NCBI GenBank assembly: GCA_038253555.1
Contig: JBBSGZ010000003.1
Coordinates: 13 to 64,012 of the forward strand
Direction of reading: 5' to 3'
DNA: 64,000 nucleotides
Source of the DNA: Thermoanaerobaculia bacterium
Lineage (GTDB): Bacteria > Acidobacteriota > Thermoanaerobaculia > UBA5066 > Gp7-AA6
The translations under genes were made by a program, and so were the position numbers. This document shows positions 54,519-62,853 of this stretch, piece after piece; the stretch's first letter is position 1, and every line of letters begins with the position of its first letter. The notes under the pieces are model-generated. The model worked only from the letters and a program-made list of their open reading frames with translations, was not told the origin of the DNA and did no database searches.

Positions 54519-55447
54519 CCGCGCTGGCCCTGGATGGCAAGCTTTCCGACGCTCCCGGTCCGATCCGCGAGGAGGTGGCCGCCCACTGCGAAGGGTGTGC
54601 CGCGTGCCGGGCGGAACTGGAAACTCTCGAGAATGCGTGGGCCCGCCTCGGCGAGGACGCCGACCTGCCCGTGACGCCCGAGTTCGGCCGCCGGACGCTG
54701 GCCCTTCTGGAGGACGAGATGCTCCGATCGCGCATCCGCGCGTTCTCTCCGGGGCGGACCCGCCACTGGACGCGTCCGGCGCTTCAGGCTGCCGCCCTTC
54801 TCGTCGCCGCGGTCGCCGGATTTGCGGCGGCGCGGCAGCTGCCGTCCCCGTCGGCGGGCCGCCCGTCCGAGAAAACGGCCTCGACCGGCGTGCCGCAGAG
54901 TCTCGGAAAAGCGTCCGGGCTCGCGAACGTGGCGTACCGGCCGGCCGACGCGCAGGGCCGCATCGGAGTCAGCTTCGACGTGACTTCGCGCGAAACGGTC
55001 GTTGGCCGCCCGGATGACCCGCAGATGGCGCGACTGATCGCGTTTTTAGTCTCCCGCGGCGCCCAGACCGCCGGCGAGAGGTCTCGCGCCATCGACCTCG
55101 TGTCCGCCAACTACGGCGTCAGGGAGTCTCCCGCCTCGCCGGACATCGTGCTCGCGCTCACGAACACGCTGAAGAAAGATCAGAACCCGGGCGTGCGAAA
55201 AAAGGCGGCCGACGCGCTCGCTGGCTTTCGGATGACTCCCGAGATCCGCGCCGCTTTTCTAGACGCGCTGCGCACCGACCGTCATCCGGGAGTGCGGCTG
55301 GTCGCGGTCGAGGCCCTGGCGGCCGCGGCGAAAGATTCGCCGGACCGCAAGACCATCGAATCGCTTCGCGAGAAGGCCTTTGATCCTGCGGAAAACGGGT
55401 TCGTCCGGGCCCGGGCGGCGTCGGCTCTGAAAGGCATTGAATTCTGA
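54500..55447 (+). CDS. Anti-sigma factor (zf-HC2) with TM helix and periplasmic HEAT-like repeats
   Basis: The ATG at 54500 overlaps the sigma gene by 19 nt. H-x3-C-x2-C (AAHCEGCAAC). TM segment LQAAALLVAAVAGFAAA. C-terminal NPGVRKKAADALAG / HPGVRLVAVEALAA / NGFVRARAASALKG repeats. Confidence 0.75.
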   Translation: MECRELTALALDGKLSDAPGPIREEVAAHCEGCAACRAELETLENAWARLGEDADLPVTPEFGRRTLALLEDEMLRSRIRAFSPGRTRHWTRPALQAAALLVAAVAGFAAARQLPSPSAGRPSEKTASTGVPQSLGKASGLANVAYRPADAQGRIGVSFDVTSRETVVGRPDDPQMARLIAFLVSRGAQTAGERSRAIDLVSANYGVRESPASPDIVLALTNTLKKDQNPGVRKKAADALAGFRMTPEIRAAFLDALRTDRHPGVRLVAVEALAAAAKDSPDRKTIESLREKAFDPAENGFVRARAASALKGIEF

Positions 55448-55488
55448 AGATGCGTAACTCCCGCGTCGTTCCGGCGTCCTGGTAAGCG

Positions 55489-57465
55489 ATGAACGACAAT
55501 TCCCGGCGCGCCTTCTCCGCCCGGCGGACTTCCGAGTCCGACGGTCCTGGTCTCTGGATCGTTTTCGCGATCGGACTTCTGCTGATGCTTGCGGCGTCCC
55601 TCCTCCGCGCGGACGACGCCGGAAACGTGGCGCGCAGGACCGAACGATTCAGCGCCACGCTCCCGGCCAGATCGACGCTGCGCGTGTTGAACGTCTCCGG
55701 CGACGTCATCGCCACTCCCGGCCGGGAGTTCTCGGCCGTCTGCCAGACGAGCGTCACGGCTTCCTCGAAGGCGCGCGCCGAAGAATTCCTGGCGCGCACG
55801 CGTACGGTCGAGGTCCGCGACGGAGACGATCTGCGGCTGGAATCCCGGTGGCCCGACATGGGCGAGGAGAGCTCGTGGCCGTCCCGCTCGTCGCGCCCCG
55901 GCGCCTGGCGCACTTCGTCCCGCTGCCGCGACTGCCGCATCACGATGCAGTACGAGGTCGTTTTGCCGCCCGGAGTCATGGCCGTGCTCCATACCGTCAA
56001 TGGCGAGGTGCGGATTCAGGACATCGACGGCGAGCTCGACGCGCAAACGGTGAACGGCAACGTGACGGTCCGGGGCTCGCGGCGCGGAGTGCGCGCGCAG
56101 ACGGTCAATGGAAGAATCGAGGTCGTGGCGGCGAGCGCCCCGCAGGGCGCGGTGCTCGACTTGAGGACCGTTTCGGGGGGGATTCTGCTGACCCTCCCGA
56201 AGGAGACGCGGTTTGATCTTGCGGCCTCCTCGATGAACGGATCGATCGTCTCGACGTTTCCGTTCACTCCGGCAAAGCTCGGTGGAGCGGTTCCCGAACC
56301 GCCGGTCGTCGCCGACACCGACCGCGCGGAACGTCGGGCGCGCGCCGAACGCGCGCGGCCTCATCACCACGTGGTCGTCGAACGAAAGGGCGATGACACC
56401 GTCGTCGACGTGCCGGAGCTCGAACGGGAGCTCGAGGAATCGATGAAGGACATCGACGTGCAGGTGCGTGAGTCCCTTCGCGACGCCGACCGGCAGATCG
56501 GACGCATGAAGTTTCTGATGCCGGGGGGCGAGTACAAGGGATCGACCGGGCAGGGCGGCGCGCGTGTGCGCGTATCGACTCTGACCGGCAGGATCGCGAT
56601 TCTCGCGGCGAACACGCGGGAATCGGAGGCGAAACCGCTCGTCGAGCGGCGCTCGTTCGTCGTGACGATCCCGCGCGTCGAGGTCCGGGGAGGCGACATC
56701 CAGGTCCGGGTTCCCCGCGCTCCCCGCCCGCCGCGCCCCCCGCGCGCGATGGGCCACGATCCCATGCGCGACGCCGACCACCCGGAAGACGAGGCCGTCG
56801 TCCGCGGAGACGTCGCCGGAGACTTTCTCGCGACCGCGGGCGCGGGGACATATCGCGTCGGAAGGGTGTCGGGGAAGGTCAACATCCTCACGCACTCCGG
56901 CGAAATCCACGTCGGTGCTGCGGGTTCGTCGGCGGACCTCAAGACCTACGGAGGAGACATCCAGATCGGTCCTGTTTCGGGGGACTTGAAGGCGCAGACT
57001 CTGGCCGGGGACATCCGAGCGGGCGCCGTCAACGGAGCCGTCTCGGCGGACACGTCGGGCGGGAATGTCCGCATCGATCGGATCGGGGGATCGGCGGTCG
57101 TCAAGACGGGCGGCGGAGACGTCGTCCTCCCGGCCGTGGGCGGCGGTGTGCACATCGAGACGGGTGGCGGAGAAGTCCGTGTGGGCCTCACCGGTCGGGA
57201 GGCGAAGGGCGGCGTCACCATCCGGAATGCGGGCGGAGACGTCACGCTGACTCTTCCCGCCAACTTCCGCGGGGAAATCGAGCTGACGGCCTCGGACGCC
57301 GATCTCGACGAGACGGCGATCCGCTCGGACTTTCCTGAGGTCACTGTGACCCGCCGCTCCGGATCGCAGCAGGCGACGGCCACCTTGAACGGCGGCGGTC
57401 CGCGGGTCACCGTGAGGACCTCGTCGGGATCGATCCGGATTCGCCGCGGGTCAAACGCCCGGTAA
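55489..57465 (+). CDS. Membrane-anchored protein with two DUF4097-like (putative adhesin beta-helix) regions
   Basis: N-terminal TM helix (LWIVFAIGLLLMLAASLL). Recurrent TVNG.V.., T.SG.I.. and GGDV.L strand motifs in both halves. Confidence 0.65.
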   Translation: MNDNSRRAFSARRTSESDGPGLWIVFAIGLLLMLAASLLRADDAGNVARRTERFSATLPARSTLRVLNVSGDVIATPGREFSAVCQTSVTASSKARAEEFLARTRTVEVRDGDDLRLESRWPDMGEESSWPSRSSRPGAWRTSSRCRDCRITMQYEVVLPPGVMAVLHTVNGEVRIQDIDGELDAQTVNGNVTVRGSRRGVRAQTVNGRIEVVAASAPQGAVLDLRTVSGGILLTLPKETRFDLAASSMNGSIVSTFPFTPAKLGGAVPEPPVVADTDRAERRARAERARPHHHVVVERKGDDTVVDVPELERELEESMKDIDVQVRESLRDADRQIGRMKFLMPGGEYKGSTGQGGARVRVSTLTGRIAILAANTRESEAKPLVERRSFVVTIPRVEVRGGDIQVRVPRAPRPPRPPRAMGHDPMRDADHPEDEAVVRGDVAGDFLATAGAGTYRVGRVSGKVNILTHSGEIHVGAAGSSADLKTYGGDIQIGPVSGDLKAQTLAGDIRAGAVNGAVSADTSGGNVRIDRIGGSAVVKTGGGDVVLPAVGGGVHIETGGGEVRVGLTGREAKGGVTIRNAGGDVTLTLPANFRGEIELTASDADLDETAIRSDFPEVTVTRRSGSQQATATLNGGGPRVTVRTSSGSIRIRRGSNAR

Positions 57466-57600
57466 GGCGCACTCCGCCCGTTCCCGGCCAGACGCTCCCC
57501 GGGAGGCTGCGCCGATGCGTTTTCCGCTTCGGGGCGGACCGGGGTAGAGTTCTCGGATTGCGTCCCTGGAGACGTACCTGAACAGAAAGAGGAGCCTGTA

Positions 57601-58716
57601 ATGAACCGTTTCAGACGAATTGCCACTGCATTCCTGGCCGTCGCCTGGCTGGCCGCCGGAGCGGTGTCCGCTCAGAACCGCGGCGCGGCCAAAGTGGACC
57701 TGAATTCCGCGTCCTCCCAGGAACTCGAAGCGCTCCCGGGCGTGGGCGCCGCGACCGCGAAGAAGATCATCGCCGGACGGCCGTACTCGAGCGCCGCGGA
57801 CCTTTCAAAAGCGGGTGTCTCCGCCGCCACCATCAGGAAGATCTCGGGAATGGTCACCGTGAGCGGCGCCGCGTCGACGTCGGCGGCGTCCGCTCCCGCC
57901 CCGGTTCGCGAAAGCCGCACGCGTCCCGAATCGGCAAGGGCCGGGGCCAGCGGCGCCCCCTCGTCCGGCGGATCCGTCGACCTGAACAGCGCTTCGCAGA
58001 AGGAACTCGAAGCGCTGCCCGAGGTCGGGGCTGCCACGGCGAGGAAGATCATCGCGGGCAGGCCGTACACCTCCGTGGCGGACCTGTCGAAGGCCGGAGT
58101 CTCCGAGAGCACGATTCGGAAGATCTCCCCGCTCGTGACTGTTTCCGGCTCGCGGCCCGCGGCTTCCACCGCGGCTCCGGCAGCACCGTCGTCCGCGGCA
58201 AAGGGCACGGGCCCGGCCCCGGTGGCTGAAGGAGGCGGCGCGGTCGATCTGAACGGCGCCAGTCAGAAGGACCTCGAGGCGCTCCCGGGAGTCGGCCCCG
58301 CGACGGCGAAAAAGATCATCGCCGGACGGCCGTATTCCTCGGTCGCCGATCTCTCTCGCGCCGGCGTGTCCGCGGCGACGATCTCGAAGATCTCCCCGCT
58401 AGTCACGGCGCGGGGAAGCTCCCCGGCTTCGGCTCCGGCCTCCGCCGGGACCGGTCCGGCGTCTGCCCCCCGTCCGGCCGCCGGAGCCGCGAGCGCTCCC
58501 GCGGCGTCCGGAAGCCGGACGGCGTCCACTGCGCCGGCGGCTTCCTACCAGGCGCCTCCCTCTCCCGGAATGGTCTGGGTAAATCTCGAGACGAAGATAT
58601 TTCATCGCGAAGGCGACAAATGGTACGGGCGCACCAAGCGCGGAAAGTACATGACAGAGGGCGACGCGACGAGGGCGGGTTACCGCCTCTCGAAGGAAAA
58701 GGACGAGCCGAAGTAG
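57601..58716 (+). CDS. Secreted protein with three tandem ComEA-type helix-hairpin-helix modules and a conserved C-terminal domain
   Basis: Signal peptide MNRFRRIATAFLAVAWLAAGAVSA. Three copies of VDLN.AS..(E/D)LEALP.VG.ATA.KIIAGRPY.S.ADLS.AGVS..TI.KIS. C-terminus VWVNLETKIFHREGDKWYGRTKRGKYMTEGDATRAGYR. Confidence 0.8.
   Translation: MNRFRRIATAFLAVAWLAAGAVSAQNRGAAKVDLNSASSQELEALPGVGAATAKKIIAGRPYSSAADLSKAGVSAATIRKISGMVTVSGAASTSAASAPAPVRESRTRPESARAGASGAPSSGGSVDLNSASQKELEALPEVGAATARKIIAGRPYTSVADLSKAGVSESTIRKISPLVTVSGSRPAASTAAPAAPSSAAKGTGPAPVAEGGGAVDLNGASQKDLEALPGVGPATAKKIIAGRPYSSVADLSRAGVSAATISKISPLVTARGSSPASAPASAGTGPASAPRPAAGAASAPAASGSRTASTAPAASYQAPPSPGMVWVNLETKIFHREGDKWYGRTKRGKYMTEGDATRAGYRLSKEKDEPK
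57694..58410 (+). repeat. Three-fold tandem coding repeat (ComEA-like modules; periods 282 and 267 nt)
   Basis: Units begin at 57694, 57976 and 58243, separated by Ala/Ser/Pro-rich linkers. Confidence 0.85.
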
Positions 58717-58740
58717 TCCAGATTCTGACCAGGCGATTTT

Positions 58741-58770
58741 CGGGCGGGGTCTTCCCCGCCCGTTTTCTTT
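58741..58770 (+). terminator. Rho-independent terminator of the ComEA-like gene
   Basis: cgggcgggg-tctt-ccccgcccg (9-bp perfect stem) followed by ttttctttcg, 25 nt after the stop codon. Confidence 0.7.
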
Positions 58771-58890
58771 CGTTCCGGCGGCGGCCGGCTACGCGCGCGG
58801 CCGTTCGGCAGGGGCGCTTCTTTTTTGCAGATCCGGCCGCGCGTGGGGCGCACTCGGCCGGATCTGGATCGCGCGGGCCGACGCGCTCCG

Positions 58891-59877
58891 TTATCGGATG
58901 CGGATGACCTTGACGGGCTCGAGCGCGACTTCTTCCCCGAAGCCGGAGCGCGGGTCGTGCTTCATCGATCCGTATACGTACTCGCGCAATCCGGGCTTCA
59001 ATTCCCGCCACGGCCCACTGAAAGTGGCGACTGTTTCAGAAATGTCCGCCGCGTTGTCGCGAGTCAGGCTGAGAAGCTGGTCGCGCGTCAGGGGCGGAGC
59101 ATCGAGCCATCCGCGGCGCGCCGCGGCCTCGAATCGGGCCGCGAGAAACCTCCCCCACCACACCGGAAGATGAACGATTCGCTTGCGGCGTTTTCCCACG
59201 GCGGTCGCGATTTCCCGATAAACCTCGTCGAGCGTGAGCGTCTGAGGACCGCCGACCTCGAACGTGCGCCCGATGGTCTCGGGTTTCTCAAGGGCCTCGC
59301 TGAAAACGCGCGCGACGTCGTACACCGACACCGGCATGAAGCGGGTCTGCCCGTCTCCGATGACGGGGATGAACAGCGGATTCCACCGCACGATCGGCGC
59401 GAGGAGCGACACAAACCCGTCCCCGGGGCCGAACACGATCGAGGGCCGGAAGATCGTCGCATCGAGTTGGGACGCGCGCACCGCGCGCTCGCCTGCGGCC
59501 TTCGAGCGGCTGTACTCGGAGGGCGCGTCGTCGTCGGCGCCCATCGCACTCATGTGCAGGAGCCTTCGCACCCCCGCGCCGCGCATCGCGGCCGTAACGT
59601 TCTCGACCGCCTCCCGGTGCATGCGGTCGAACGTCTGTTGTCCCGATTCGTGGATGATGCCGACCAGGTGTATGACGGCGTCCCGGCCTGAGAGCGCCGG
59701 CGACAGGGACGCCGGGTCCAGCACGTTTCCCCGGACCGTCTCGACCGGCCGGTTGTAACGGTTCCGCGTCGCTCCCGCGTCACGCGCGAGGACCGCGACG
59801 GAGTGACCGCGGCGGGCGAGGGCGTTGACGAGGTGCGTTCCCACGAATCCCGTCCCGCCGGTGACGAGAACTTTCAA
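58891..59877 (-). CDS. NAD(P)-binding epimerase/dehydratase-family protein (NDUFA9/NmrA-like)
   Basis: TTG at 59877 with AAGGAGGAG upstream, forming a TTGA overlap with the recG stop. VLVTGGTGFVG Rossmann motif, YSRSK catalytic context. The 381 upstream codons of the track ORF were discarded as the shadow of recG. Confidence 0.8.
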   Translation of the reverse strand: MKVLVTGGTGFVGTHLVNALARRGHSVAVLARDAGATRNRYNRPVETVRGNVLDPASLSPALSGRDAVIHLVGIIHESGQQTFDRMHREAVENVTAAMRGAGVRRLLHMSAMGADDDAPSEYSRSKAAGERAVRASQLDATIFRPSIVFGPGDGFVSLLAPIVRWNPLFIPVIGDGQTRFMPVSVYDVARVFSEALEKPETIGRTFEVGGPQTLTLDEVYREIATAVGKRRKRIVHLPVWWGRFLAARFEAAARRGWLDAPPLTRDQLLSLTRDNAADISETVATFSGPWRELKPGLREYVYGSMKHDPRSGFGEEVALEPVKVIRIR

Positions 59878-62048
59878 GAGCTCCTCCTTGCAGGCGTTCG
59901 GGTGCGCCGCGGTTGTACCACGCGCCGTGATGCCGCAGACTGAGTCCCGGCGGCCGGCGGCTTCTCCGCGGGGTCCGGTCGCGAGGCGGGTTCGCCGCGA
60001 CGCGGGCCGGCGGGGAAAAGGGCGCTGACGATGCTCTCGCCGGCTTCGAACCGCCGCCGTGCCTCCTGACGCGCGCGGCCCAGCCGCGGCAGGTCCGTGA
60101 GCGGGTCGGCCACCCTGAGCTCCGGAAGGCCCGATTGCCGGACGCCGAGGAGGTCTCCCGGCCCGCGCGCGAGGAGGTCCCGTTCGGCGATCTCGAACCC
60201 GTCGGCTGTTTTTTCCAGAATCGTGAGCCGTGCGCGCGCTTCCTCGGAGGCGCGCTCGCCCACGACGAGGGCGCACCACGACGGGCGGGTGCTGCGGCCG
60301 ACACGTCCGCGGAGCTGGTGCAGTTGCGCGAGACCGAAGGCCTCCGCATTCTCGATGACCATGAACGTCGCTTCGGGAACGTCGACGCCGACCTCGACCA
60401 CGGTCGTGGCCACGAGGATCCCGATCACGCCGCTCGAAAAATCCGCCAGGACCCGGGAGCGTTCCTCGGGGGGGAGCCGGCCGTGGAGGATCCCGATCGC
60501 CGTACTGGGAGCGGCGCGCGCGATCCTCTCCGCCGTCTGTTCCGTGGCCGCGATCTCGCGCTCCCCCTCTTCGATCGCCGGAACCACGACGTACACGCGT
60601 TCGCCCGCTCGGACCCGCTCCGCCGCGAACTGGTAGATCCGGTCGCGCGCCGAAGCTTCGCGCACCCGCGTCGCGACCGGGGTTCGGCCGGGCGGCTTCT
60701 CGTCGAGGACCGACAGGTCGAGCTCTCCGTAGATCGCCCAAGCCAGGGATCGGGGGATCGGGGTCGCGGTCATCACCAGGACGTGGGGACTGTCTCCCTT
60801 GCGGAAGAGCCTCGCCCGATGCGCGACGCCGAACCGGTGCTGCTCGTCCACGATCACGAGCCCGAGCCGCCGGAACCGCACCGGGGCCTCGACCAGCGCG
60901 TGTGTGCCGATCAAGACGTCCACGTCGCCTCGCTCGAGCGCGGCGAGCAGCTCCCGCCGTTCGCGGCCTCGCACCCGTCCCGTGAGGAGCCCGAGACGGG
61001 CGCCTGCCCTCTCCATCCACCGCACCAGGCTGTCGGCGTGCTGCTCGGCCAGGATCTCCGTGGGCGCCATCAACGCGCCCTGGACGCCGCTCCCGGCCGC
61101 GAGCAGGAAGGCGAGCCCCGCCACGACGGTCTTTCCGCTTCCGACGTCACCCTGGAGGAGCCGCGCCATTGCTCGTCCCGACCCGAGGTCGGCGGCGATT
61201 TCGCGGACCGCCCGTTTCTGGGCCCCGGTCAGTTTGAAGGGAAGTGAGGAACGCGCGCTTGCGCGCAGCGCATCGTCCGCCTTGAGGACGAGGCCGGCGC
61301 GCTCGCGGAGCCGCGCGCGCTTCTGCTCGATTCCGGCGGCGAGCGCGAGCAGCTCTTCCCCCGCGAGCAGGCTCCGCCCGGCCGCGGCGTCTTCGGCGGA
61401 GCACGGGAAGTGCACCGCCTCGAGAGCGCGGACGAGATCTTCCGCGGAAGCGCTCGCCGCCGGCCACGCGGTCCCGAGCCGGTCCAGGGCCGCGCGCGCG
61501 AAACTTCGCCAGACGCGGGGTGAGAGACCCCCGGTGCGGGAGTAAACACCGACGATCCTCCCGGAGTGCAGCGGGTCGTTCTCCTCTCCGGCGAAGAACT
61601 CCGTCTCGGGATTTTCGATCCGCAACTCGCCGGCGGCTGACATGGCCGGAGTGCCGTAGAGAACGGCGTGGGCGCCCTCCGCCCCCCGAGCGAAGGAGGG
61701 ATACCGGTTGTGCCACACCGTCCGGACGGCGCCCGTGCCGTCATCGGCAACGGCCTCGATCCGGAGGGTACCCCGCCGCATTCGCACGGACTTCACGCTC
61801 GAGAGCCGCACCCGCACGGTCGCCGCGCGCCCCGGCATCAGGCCGGCGACGGTCTCGAAACTCGCGCGGTCCTCATAGCGGAACGGAAGGGACAGCAGGA
61901 AATCGCCGATCGTCACGACGCCCGCGAGCGAGAGCTTCGCGGCGCGGGAGGTGCCGAGGCCGGGAAGCGCCGCGACGGGATCCGACGGCGTGAGAGTTCT
62001 CGAAGGCGTCCCCGGGTCAGAGACTCCGGGAGGCGGGCCGCCCGTCAG
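59874..62048 (-). CDS. recG: ATP-dependent DNA helicase RecG; probable CTG start
   Basis: GDVGSGKT, DEQHRFG and helicase C motifs. The first canonical start (GTG 61916) would remove the conserved N-terminal LPGLGTSRAAKLSLAGV helix-hairpin segment. An in-frame CTG at 62048 lies 6 nt after GAGGAG. Confidence 0.8.
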   Translation of the reverse strand: MTGGPPPGVSDPGTPSRTLTPSDPVAALPGLGTSRAAKLSLAGVVTIGDFLLSLPFRYEDRASFETVAGLMPGRAATVRVRLSSVKSVRMRRGTLRIEAVADDGTGAVRTVWHNRYPSFARGAEGAHAVLYGTPAMSAAGELRIENPETEFFAGEENDPLHSGRIVGVYSRTGGLSPRVWRSFARAALDRLGTAWPAASASAEDLVRALEAVHFPCSAEDAAAGRSLLAGEELLALAAGIEQKRARLRERAGLVLKADDALRASARSSLPFKLTGAQKRAVREIAADLGSGRAMARLLQGDVGSGKTVVAGLAFLLAAGSGVQGALMAPTEILAEQHADSLVRWMERAGARLGLLTGRVRGRERRELLAALERGDVDVLIGTHALVEAPVRFRRLGLVIVDEQHRFGVAHRARLFRKGDSPHVLVMTATPIPRSLAWAIYGELDLSVLDEKPPGRTPVATRVREASARDRIYQFAAERVRAGERVYVVVPAIEEGEREIAATEQTAERIARAAPSTAIGILHGRLPPEERSRVLADFSSGVIGILVATTVVEVGVDVPEATFMVIENAEAFGLAQLHQLRGRVGRSTRPSWCALVVGERASEEARARLTILEKTADGFEIAERDLLARGPGDLLGVRQSGLPELRVADPLTDLPRLGRARQEARRRFEAGESIVSALFPAGPRRGEPASRPDPAEKPPAAGTQSAASRRVVQPRRTRTPARRSS

Positions 62049-62058
62049 CGGGCTCTCC

Positions 62059-62853
62059 TCAGGATTCCGCGCTGTAGAACGTGAGAGGGACGAGGCCGAA
62101 CTTCAGGATGTCCCCGTGCGTCACGGGGGCGGGAGCTCCCGTGGCGAGCCGCTTGTCGTTGACGAACGTGCCGTTCATCACGCCGATCTCTTCCATGATG
62201 TAGAAGACCCCGCCCATCTGGTAGATCTTCGCATGGCGTCGGGAGGTGGATCGCTGCGTGTCGAGCGGTGTCAGGTCGACATCCGGAGTCATCCCCGTCA
62301 CGGGATCTGCCCGTCCGACGAGAGTGTCCCCTTCGCGGTTCAGGAAGTACTCGGCACCGTCTTCCGCCGAGACGAGCCGGTAGAGGTCGCGCCGAGGCGC
62401 AACCTTTCGCGGCTCGGGCGGGGCCTCCGACGGGGTCGGCGCCTTCTCCCCGCGCGCCTCTTCGAGCTTCTGGGAAACCTCGCGCAGCCGGCCCGAGAGC
62501 TTGCGCATCATGCGGATCGCGATTTCCGTATTGCTCTTCAACATCGTGTCGAACATGGCGCCGTTGATCCGGACGACCTCGACGTCGGTCTTCGCGCGGG
62601 CGGACGCGGTCCGGGGAAGATCCTCGAGCACGCTCATCTCGCCGAAGAAGTCCCCCTTCTCGAGAGTCCCGAGGACCCGCACATCGCCCGCGCTCGCCTT
62701 GAAGAGCTCCACCACTCCGGACTGAATGATGTACATCTCCGTCCCGATCTCGCCCTCCGAGAAGATGATGTCCCCCATCGGGTGCGCCGCGACGTAGCGT
62801 TCGAACGGGTTACGGCCGCCCCCAGCGCCCGACGACTTGAAGACGGCTTTCAC
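62059..62853 (-). CDS. Cyclic-nucleotide-binding domain plus FHA domain protein
   Basis: GTGA overlap with the upstream stop. cNMP landmarks GDFFGEMSVL...RTASARA. FHA landmarks VGR...DVDL....STSRRHAKI.......Y....S.NGTFVND. Confidence 0.8.
   Translation of the reverse strand: MKAVFKSSGAGGGRNPFERYVAAHPMGDIIFSEGEIGTEMYIIQSGVVELFKASAGDVRVLGTLEKGDFFGEMSVLEDLPRTASARAKTDVEVVRINGAMFDTMLKSNTEIAIRMMRKLSGRLREVSQKLEEARGEKAPTPSEAPPEPRKVAPRRDLYRLVSAEDGAEYFLNREGDTLVGRADPVTGMTPDVDLTPLDTQRSTSRRHAKIYQMGGVFYIMEEIGVMNGTFVNDKRLATGAPAPVTHGDILKFGLVPLTFYSAES

Noticed and set aside
58828-58866. Perfect 12-bp hairpin cagatccggccg / cggccggatctg downstream of the epimerase gene, considered as its terminator
   Set aside because: In the minus-strand RNA the stem is followed by an A-run, not a U-run; the T-run precedes it on the plus strand. 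It may still be structural, but it is not a canonical intrinsic terminator.
59878-61020. N-terminal 381 codons of the 709-aa track ORF 58891-61020
   Set aside because: Only the last 328 codons (from TTG 59877, with AAGGAGGAG upstream) look like a Rossmann epimerase. The upstream part is an Arg/Pro-rich shadow of recG.
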